Below are positions 54,400 through 63,908 of a DNA stretch of 63,908 bases, in pieces. The position numbers and the translations under genes are program-made. Position 1 is the first letter of the stretch, and each line of letters starts with the position of its first letter. Origin of the DNA: Octopus sinensis (lineage: Eukaryota); the NCBI RefSeq assembly GCF_006345805.1, contig NC_042998.1, forward strand, positions 155,992,001 through 156,055,908. Reading direction: 5' to 3'. The notes below the pieces were generated by a model. The model made no database searches. It saw only the letters and a program-made list of their open reading frames with translations, and was not told the origin of the DNA.

Positions 54400-55140
54400 C
54401 TTACATCTTTTGATGTGTCTTTACATTGTCTATAAACTCTTGCCGTGTGTCAGTGCCTGATCAGTGTTGCTAACGATACGTTATTTTCATTGAACATCAC
54501 ATTTCTTTCATGTAATTTAGGGAGAAGTTTGTCAAATAGTTTTGCCATGATGCTTGGATAGGGGAGTTTGGTTGCGTATGTTTACTAACGTTGTTTTTGT
54601 TGATTTTTTTTTTGCTTGGGGAGAGGAATCGGGAACAATAATCCTTTGTCTTTTGTGGGTGACTGTGGTGAAGTCCATTTCTTCGTTGTCTTTACTCGTG
54701 TCTGCTTTAGTTTCTACTCGGACTTTCCTTTTTGTGTTTCCCTCTCTGTCATTTGCTTTCTTTGTCATGTTCTTCTCGTTCGTAGCTTTTTGGGGAGGGG
54801 CCTCGCCATCTTTTTTTTTTCTGGTGCATTTGGAACGGACGTGGTCCTTCTCTCCACATTTGATGCACCTGGGCCTACATCCTTCCACAGCTACCTGCAT
54901 GGTTAGACCCTATCCTACAAACACTCTATCGGGCAAATTTTCAATGGGTCTCATTGGCCACTTGAATGACCATTTCCAACGAATGTCCTCGCCAGTTTAC
55001 CGCTTGTTTTTTCCTCATTTGTAGGATTGAAATTTCTTCCTCCACGTCGTACACTACCGCAGCCGCTAACCACATTACCTCATACCCTACCCGGATCTCG
55101 TCAACTGTCACTTTTGCGGTCCTGCGACCCAAGTAAGTGG
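54400..55140 (-). mobile_element. Tx1-like ORF1 relic 'F', 5'-truncated
   Basis: LLPTYLGRRTAKVTV...VEGCRPRCIKCGEKDHVRSKC. Confidence 0.8.
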
Positions 55141-57681
55141 GCAGTAGCATTATCTCTTCATTCATTCTTCAGCGTTTGATAGATACCCCCTTGGCTACGC
55201 TAGCCGATTCGAAATGTGCCTCAATTGTGGGGCTCTCAGCAAGAGAGGCGAAGTGTTGTGAAAAACCCATCACAGCCGCGGACGTACGGGATGCGATGGC
55301 AGGCTGCGCGAGAGACAAGTCGCCAGGCCTGGATGGTCTGCCCTACGAACTTTATTGTCATATGCCAGACTTGTTTGGAGGCGTTTTGGCAGCTGTCTAC
55401 TGCAACTGACAGCAAAACGGGAGTATCCCCGCCTTTGTAAAGCAAGGAGCAGTGGCACTGCTAAAGAAGGATCCAAACAAGAGGGATGTCATAGATAACT
55501 TCAGGCCCATCACTCTGCTCAACGCAGATTGGAAAATTTGGCCAAGGTGTTAGCCGAGAGGTTGGCGCTTGTCATCGAGAAACTAGTTGACAAGGCGCAA
55601 ACGTGCGCCGTGCCGGGTAGGAGTATCCATGACAACCTCCATCTGATGCGCTACATCATAGACAAGATAGTTAAGGATCCTGGCATGGGTGGGGCGCTGA
55701 TCAATTTGGATCAATCAAAAGCCTTCGATAGGGTAGACCATCACTACTTGGAGGCTGTCCTTAAAACGGCTGGTTTTGGTCCCATCTTCCGCGGTTAGAT
55801 CACTGCCTTATACAGCGGCATCCGCTCGGTAGTTCGCATAAATGGTCATCTTTCCAGACCTTTTAACATCATGCGTTCGGTTCGTCAAGGATGCCCCCTC
55901 TCATTGCTTCTGTATGTATTGGCTCTTGAACCACTACTGCGGAAACTGGCGATGCTGAGGGGCATCTCACGAGAGCTTGGATGCTGGAGGAGCGTGTCTG
56001 CATACGCGGACGACGTCACCATCATAGTGTCGAGCCACAAGCACATCAACCTGGTCGGCGAGACACTAAAAGAATATGAAGCGGTAACGGGAGCAAAAAT
56101 TACCGGGAAAAGTCAGTGGGCTTGCGGCCCGGCACCTGGAGAAGCAAGCCCATGCCGTCCAACAGCATCTCCATCGTGGGACACTGGACAGACGGACCGG
56201 TTAAATTGCTCGGAGTCTGGTTCGGTCCAGACCTTCAAATGGAGAAGAACTGGGGCGAAATAACGACTAGGGTGGCCACTCTCACCCAGCAATGGGCTGA
56301 GAGGAAGCTATCCCTAAAAGGTCGGGCGGAGTTGGCGAACTCGTACATCGCATCCCTCATCGAGTACCGCCTGACCGTCGTGCCTTGTCCCGACCCTACC
56401 ATCACCAAGCTGGAACGCATACTCTTCCGCTTCTTGTGGAAGAGAAGCGTTCCGATGGTTAGGCGATCCATTTGCTGTCAACACCCGCTAAATGGAGGGC
56501 TAGGCATGCCGTGGTTGATGATGCGCAGACATGCGCTGAGACTGCGACATCTCCGGCACTTCATAGACGATGGTGAACAGGTGTGGTCGCCTTTTGTGTG
56601 ACGCACTTTCCCGCAGCTCGTCTCCTTGGCCGAACTGCAGTCATGGATCAAACAGAGACCGAGGCTAGGCGAATGGCACCGTGAGTGTCGTGTTGCTCTC
56701 AAGCAACTCTGCCGTCCGGGACCAAATTTGTGCGACTCCATTACAACAAAGGCGTTCTATAGAGGATTAGTGGAGAGGAGGTGTTACGACGTCTCTGGGC
56801 GTCGACGAGAGACACCTGACCCGCCTGTTCAGGACAACTTTCGGGCCGGGACCTATGGACAATCACCAAAGATCTCTGGCCTTGCAGTGTTATCGAGAAG
56901 CATTACCTGTTCGTGATAAGCTCTACAGGCACGGTTCGAGACACACTGGACCGACTTGCCCGAGATGCGGTCAGAACGACGAAACCGTTCTGCACGCACT
57001 CGTGCAGTGTTCATCCATTTTGAACCTGTGGGCTTATGCCAAATGGCTGCTGTCGCGTGTGGGACGAGTCCGCCTGTCGGCCGAGTCTATCGTGAAAATT
57101 GCATCGCCCCCTTCCCTCAACCCGGAAGGCAAGGCAGTTTTCATCGTACTGGTGGCTATGGTGAAAGAATGTGTGTGGTGGACTCGAGCGAAAGGATTAG
57201 AGACAAACACTTACCTCTCTGGCCAATCGCTCATCAACTTTTTCAAGTACCACTTGAAAAGGAAGGTGAGAATGGAAAGGCAGGTTTTGTCTCGTGAAAC
57301 TTTCAAAAAAAGGTGGGTGAATGTAGCAAAGATGGTGCGTGCGAGTGACGAATCCACTTTGAGCATGATCCTGTAAATCGTAAAAGAGAGAGAGAGAGAG
57401 TGTCTATTTCCTCCCTGCCTGAGGTTACCGTGGTCTTTTCTGTAGGATTTTCTTTCCACGGATGAACCTAATCTTGTTACTTTGAAAAAAAAAAATTTTT
57501 TTCTTTCCGTGATACACGATCCCTTTTGATCGTCTTTTTTTTTTCCTTCCTATCCCTTTTGATCGAAATTTTACATTTGTTTCCTTTTTTTTTTCTTTTT
57601 CTTTTTCCATCTCCGAAAAGAAAAGCCATACATTTGTAATTGTCCCCTCTGTGTCCAGCCCTGTGTGGCCAATGAAGAAAG
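55137..57681 (+). mobile_element. L1/Tx1-clade ORF2 (RT through C-terminal CCHC region) plus 3' UTR, 5'-truncated and frameshifted
   Basis: KSPGLDGLP, FRPITLLNAD, LDQSKAFDRV, QGCPLS, YADD, CPRC...ETVLHALVQC; 3' motif at 57635-57680 followed by (TATC)n. Confidence 0.93.
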
Positions 57682-57720
<39 letters not shown>

Positions 57721-58099
57721 AACCTGTCACTATCATTAATACTATCACAATCACCATCAACACCACAACCAATACAACCACTGCTATTACCAACCCACCA
57801 ACTTCTTAATGATCAACAGCAACAGTAGTATAAGTTAAATAAAGAACTCATCTAAAATAAATGACAATCACATGAAACAATATAGTACCCTAAGGTATTT
57901 TATAAGTTGAATAAAATGTCTTTGATATTAGATCAGTGAGGATTGAACTGAGATTAAACAGCAACAACAATACAAGTAGCAAGAACAATATGATCACTGC
58001 TGCCACAAACAATACTACTCTCATCACCCTCACTGTCTACACCAAATCAATACATCCAATACAACCAACACTACCACCACTAACAGCACACCAACTTTT

Positions 58100-58900
58100 G
58101 GATAATCTACCAAGAACAACTACAATAGTACCAGGATGATTGTACAATAGTGAGAACATTAAATCAAGGTCTCAAGAAACTATTCTGTTAACTGCCCAAA
58201 CCTTATTTTCACAGAGGTCTAATGTGCTTCTTAAAATGGAACGGCTGTTGAGTGTATGGATTGAGAATAAAATTCAACATAATGTGCCAAAAGTTTATCT
58301 GATAATTTGCAGAAAAAGAAAGATGAAATTTATAATGGAAAGCTTTTTCTGGCTACAAAATACTGTAAGAGTTGGCTTGAAAGGTTTAAGAACATGCTTA
58401 AATTTGTTTGACATAAAAATGACAGGTGAAGCTGCCAGTGCTGTTACTAATTATACTGAGCAGCTGAAAAAAAAAAATGCTAAAGGTGGCCATATACTAA
58501 AGTGTGTATACAATGTTGATGAAACTCCACTTTTCAAGAAGTATACACCTGCCGGAACTTTTATTTTTTAAAGAGAAAAATTAACATCAAGATTTAAAGC
58601 TTCCAAAAATCGTTAGGCATTTCTGTGATGAAATGCAGCTGGTGATATTAAAATTAACGCCCTTACGTATGTATCACTCTAAAAACCCAAGGGCTTTTAA
58701 GAGTTAAGTAAAGTTTAATCCATCCCTGATTTGGCATTCACATAAGAGGGAATGGTTGACAAAGAGTCATTTTGAATAGTTGTTTACAAACAATTTTGTC
58801 CTACTGTGGAAATGTACAGTGCCAGATATATTTCTGTTTAGATATAATATCTTCTTTTAGATAATGCACTAAGCTACTCAGTTAAATTAAATGAATTTTC
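58100..58900 (+). pseudogene. Tigger/pogo (CENP-B-like) transposase relic
   Basis: MERLLSVWI, GEAASA, VYNVDETPLF and later LLLDNA motifs; many stops. Confidence 0.8.
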
Positions 58901-59039
58901 TGATAATGTGAGAGGCTTAGCATTTGGTGCAGCCATAGGGGCTCTAACTGAATACCACTCATGTTTTGAGTGTGGTGTTTATGGTAGGTTTTTTTCTTGA
59001 TATAAGTCAAGCTTGAGTTTATTTTTTTTTGTTAAAAGA

Positions 59040-59560
59040 CACATGCTTGGTATGAATCCACTGGGGGGTGCACTCAAGGTCTCCGTTTGTAGTAATGCCA
59101 GTTGGATGTCAATGTTGCATGTGGTTAATGCATGATTGAGTAAGGTTAGGGAGGAATGAAAGTCTGTATAGTATACACAAGATTTGGCATTCTTGAATGT
59201 GTTTGTATGAAAGTCATTAACATATAAACAAAAGTTAATGGGGACAAAGATGAATCCTAGAGAAACACCAAAATTAATTGCCAGTTTGGAGGAAAGAGCT
59301 CCATTAACACTGAAGCTACTGATTCAAAATGTGAAAAATGAGTAAGCAGGTGGTTTTGATTGAAGTTTTGCATGCTAGACACAGTTGAAAGATTTGCTGA
59401 TATCTAAAGTGTTACTTCATCAAACTGCTCTAAAGGGAAAACTCAGTGGCGAGTGACATAAGCAAGTGGGTCTCTAATGGACCTGGTTCTGTGGAAGCTC
59501 TACTATTGGTAATTGAGAAGAGAGGGCGATTGAAGGTGTTGAAGAACAACATTATTATTT
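59040..59560 (-). mobile_element. Degenerate CR1/L2 RT fragment
   Basis: Minus strand GVSLGFIFVPINFCLYVNDF resembles GVPQGS.LGP.LF.LY.ND. Confidence 0.5.
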
Positions 59561-60179
59561 CCATTACTTTAGAGATGATAGTAGGCAGTGCAATTGAGTT
59601 TTAAAAAATAAAAAAAAAAAAAGAAAACAAAGCATCAGTGACAAAAATATCCATCATTATAACAATAGTTTCAGAGCTTTTTTGCTTTTTTCAAAAGTTA
59701 TTTTTATCAGGAATTTAAAACTGATCTGGTTGAATGGATCCACAGACAAAACCTGTGAGTGATGATGTTGTTCCCAGCAGCAGCATCAGTGAGCTACCGG
59801 AGTGTGTGTGAGAGCAAGTGGTGGCTGGCAGGGAGACAGTTGCAAGAGAGGCAAGGTGTTGCTTTTAGCTTTAAAGAAAGACTATTAAATAATTTTCAAG
59901 CTGTGTAAACTAAAGTACTTTATCTCATTGTCCTAATTGTTTTCAGCATTCAGTCTACTATTCATATGTTGTATTCAGTCACATCAGTGAAGTTATCAAC
60001 AAACTGATATACTTGAGATTGCTCAATGAAAAAGATTAAACATTGAAGTTATGGTTAGATTTTGAGTAGATCTGCAATGTTTGCAGATTTAAACTGTTGC
60101 AAAATACATGTACATCTTAATTGTTAGTGATACCACTTCATGTAAGATTGTCACTTATAACTTGTTTATCAGCAGGAAC

Positions 60180-63100
60180 AAAAGCCAACTATGCCCTCCC
60201 CTCCTGATACTTCTCAACTAAAGCAGAAATCGACCATCAGCACAGAAGTTGCAGAAATTAGACAAATGATTTCTGCTTTGAGTCGTGAAATAGCAGTAAC
60301 CAGAACCAGCGTCTGTGTGAAAACTCACAGCGAGGGGTCCTATCGGAGTGCCTTGCTCAGCAACTTACCTGTAGCTCGTACGGAACCTCAACGCATCGAG
60401 GGAGTTGCTGAACCAACCACTCACTCATGAAGTAACAGCCATTGGAGTGCCGGAAGATGTGGTAGATCTGCAGGCCGACCAGGATCCAAACCCAGGCTGA
60501 TCAGGCTGATGTTTACAAACACTACTGAGGCGCGGGCATTCCATCTGGCTGCTGATAGAGCTCGGCGCGACAACAGGATCACCTTTAGGACATGTCCTGG
60601 CCTAACACCTGATGCACGCCCAAAGCTAAGATATATAGCTTCCCTAAATCACAACTCTGTGGCACAGGAAAGTTTTAGCCTCCGCGATGATGGGCAAATC
60701 TGGAAATTTGTCAAGTCTGGTGAGTCGTGGATAAGGGATACCAGTTGGACTGAGCAAACTGCACCCACAACAACAACTGGCAATACAAAAATCTTGGGAA
60801 ACTAACCAAGAACAATCAGCCATCCCCTGTATATCATCATCTGAAATCCAGATACAAACTGCTGTCCTTGAATGCCTGTAATTTATGCAACAAGGTGCAT
60901 CTTTTTGACTCTTACGTCAAAAGTATCAACCCAGATTTCATCACAGTCATGGAAACATGGGCACATTCTGCACTCTGTGATGGAGTTTTCAGCATAGCCG
61001 GCTACAACCTGTTCTGCAAAGACCGCATTAATTGCTGTGGAGGGGGTGTGATGATTTATGTTCGATCAAATCTATTGGCAATCCCCTGTGATGATTTGAA
61101 CCAATCTCAGCAGGAAATATTTTTCTGCAATATACACATGACCATGTCAACACTTCTGCTTGGAGTTGTTTACTGCCCCCCCACCAAAAAAAAATTATCG
61201 TCAAGACGCACAGCTTTTTGATATCCTCAGAGCTGCTGCTATGAAAACAGCCACGTATGTTTATATTGCGGGCGATTTCAATTTCCCTGAGATTGACTGG
61301 GAGGCTTTCCATTGGCCGCAAAGTGCAGATGATTTCCTTGAACTGGTGCTGAATTCAAATTGGTCCCAAGTCGTTACCTCCCCCACAAGGGGTAACAACA
61401 CTTTAAATCTACTACTTACCGCTTCTCCTGAAACAATCATTAGTGTCACTACTGAAGAACCTTTAGGTGACTCTGATCATTCCATGATCATGGCCGACTT
61501 GTCTCTGATTGGTTGTAACAAAAACCACAACCATCTTCAGACTCCCTGCTTTGACTGGAATAAAGCAGACTGGAGCTCTTATTGTACTGAGCTGCAACGC
61601 CCAAACTGGCTCGAATTTTATGCCTCTGGAGATATGGACACTATATTCCAGAACATCCTGAATTCAATATGGGCGGCATGTGTAGCATCAGTACCACGCA
61701 ATGTGTAGCATCAGTACCACGCAAGCACAAAAAACCACCCAATAGTGCAATTTGGGAAACTGCAGCAGTCCAACTTGCCAGGAAAGAATGCCATAATGCT
61801 GAACAGGAATACAAATTGCACAAATCAGAGATCAACAGGAAAAAGCGCAATAGGTCAGCCAACCACCTCAAGCAGGTGACAAAAAAGGCAGTGCTTAATT
61901 TGAACAATGCATCGCAACCAACCCTGACAGCAAAGTGTTCTGGAAGTATGTACACTCAAAGCAGAGACCTCACTCTCCAGTTGGTCCCCTTCGCAATTCC
62001 CACACAGGACAGATTACTGGCAATCCCAAAGAATGTGCAGAAATCATTGCTGGATGCTATGCTGGCATCTTTACTGTCGAAGACCAAAATGTTCCATCTT
62101 CATCACCACTGACATCGGACTCTATATCTACTATGCAATTTACACCAGCAATGCTACAACACCACCTTAAGAATAAACGCAACTATGCCTCTCCTGGTCT
62201 CGATGGTGTTACATACCTACTTCTCAAACACGGTGGGTACTTTCTTCTAAGCCAACTTTCTCTATTCTTCCAATTCTGTCTTGACAATGGTGTTACTCCA
62301 GAGCAGTGGAAAACTGCCAGTGTTATCCCTCTGTTCAAAAAAGGTGACTGCACATCGCCTGTCAACTATTGCCCCGTTAGTCTTACTAGCTGCATCACCA
62401 AACTGATGGAATCCTGTATCAGGGAAACCCTCTGGAACTTCTGGAAGTCTCACAGCCTCATCCAGCCGACACATGTTGGATTTATTCCTAACTCCAGCTG
62501 CTGTAATCAACTCATTGAGTTTCTTGAGGACGTTATCCAAATCACTGATCACGGATCTTGGGTGGATGTGGTTTACCTGGACTTTGCTAAGGATTTTAAC
62601 TCTGTGCCACAAAAAAGACTTATGGTGAAGCTCTCTGTGTTGGGTGTAAGAGACGAACTCTATAACTGGTTGAAGTCCTTTATTTTCGGCCGAAAAGAGG
62701 TTGTCACAGTTCTAGGACAGCACTCTTCACCCTATGAGATGACATCTGGTGTACCACAGGGATCTGTTCTTGGCCCCCTTTTATTTGTTGCATATGTTAA
62801 TGACATAGATGTTAACTTAGAGAATGCCACAGTGCTGAAATATGCAGATGACATCAAGCTGAACCTCGAAATAAAGAGGTCAGATCCTGTACACTATAGA
62901 TCTCTATTGCAAGCAGACCTGGACACAATGCAGCAGTGGATCATGGACTGGCAGCTCAAGCTGGCTGTGGACAAATGTACCACCATGCATTTTGGGAGGA
63001 GAAACCCAGCGTCCACCTACTCCTTCCACAACACTAATCTCAAAAAGTCTTCATGTGAATGTGACCTGGGTGTTATTGACAGTGATTTGCGTTGGACAAA

Positions 63101-63800
63101 ACACATCGCTAAAATTGTCAAGAAGGCTGAGGGTGTCTTGGCATCACTCACCAAATCCTTTGAGTCGCTCTCCAACTATCTATCTGCGGCTTTATATAGC
63201 TATGGTGCGACCTCACCTGGAATTTGCATCACCGGTCTGGAATCCCTATCTTGCCCAGGATATCAATCGTCTGGAAGCCGTTCAGTGACGTGCAACCAAA
63301 AGGATACCCTCCATCAGGCATTTGCCATATTCTGAACGCCTTACTTCCCTGGGTATGGACACATTGAAACTCCGACGTCTGGCAGCTGACTTGGCAGACA
63401 CCCATAAAATTATCAACCATCTCACAAACAATAACTCTGAGCACCTTTTCAAACTCCACCCATCTAACACCCGTGGACATATTTACAAAGTCAGAAAACA
63501 GCACAGCTCCCATGACTTTAGGAAACATTTTTTCACGCTGAGAGTTGCTGAAGCATGGAGCAAACTGCTGGCATTGGTTGTTAGTTGTCGGAGCACTGCA
63601 TCCTTCAAAACTTCCATGCTTTCTGAGATTTGCCAACACTACACCTGATTTCCTCCCCTCCATACACACACAAGCATGTATCTGACTCATACATTGTTCA
63701 CTTTCCAGACATTTGTACATTACTGCATGTACTTTATGCGCACTTACTGACAAGTTGTGGTGCACCTGAGCACTGCATACAATAATTTCATTATATTATT
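60180..63800 (+). mobile_element. CR1-type LINE, near full length (ORF1 end, APE endonuclease, RT, 3' UTR), inactivated
   Basis: ETW...DR...GGGV, GDFNFPEIDW, LGDSDH, SPGLDGV, YLDFAKDF, GVPQGSVLGP, YADD. Frameshifts include a 23-bp tandem duplication near 61680-61725. Confidence 0.93.
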
Positions 63801-63908
63801 AATAGAAAGCAGTGTGCAAATGTCTTAAATGTTCATTTGTATTAAAGTCTCATATACCTTCAAAAATATGATAACTACATTAATATTATTGTAGACTATG
63901 ATGATAAA

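Noticed and set aside
54400-57681. Twin-priming inversion to explain F (-) back to back with Tx1 (+)
   Set aside because: The inverted side continues into RT and 3' sequence downstream of the supposed breakpoint, which fits separate nested insertions better.

Overview
AT-rich, microsatellite-dense eukaryotic DNA. The SINE, RTE and CR1 families and the Egr sequence suggest an Octopus (coleoid cephalopod) genome; this is an inference, no database was searched. The only host gene I can support is a two-exon Egr (early growth response) C2H2 zinc-finger gene: CDS 16060-16273 joined to 26686-28280, 602 aa, with matching phase-1 splice sites. Its promoter has an immediate-early layout of three perfect CArG boxes, an ETS site, a CRE-like site, CCAAT and TATA. 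The rest is mostly mobile DNA: RTE LINEs (one family with a PHD-type finger inside the RT), CR1/L2 LINEs, tRNA-derived SINEs, pogo/Tigger relics, Penelope-like remnants with type-I hammerhead ribozyme (HHR) motifs, and a dense cluster of L1/Tx1-clade sequences. Two observations stand out. (1) A diverse family of ORF1-only ('half-Tx1') elements shares its 3' terminal stem-loop with the RT-coding Tx1 elements. (2) Three independent Tx1-family 3' ends lie 14-28 nt upstream of a hammerhead core in the same orientation, which suggests targeted insertion next to Penelope hammerheads. Most ORFs in the supplied track are microsatellite or antisense artefacts. Repeat boundaries were read by eye and are approximate unless junction sequences are quoted.
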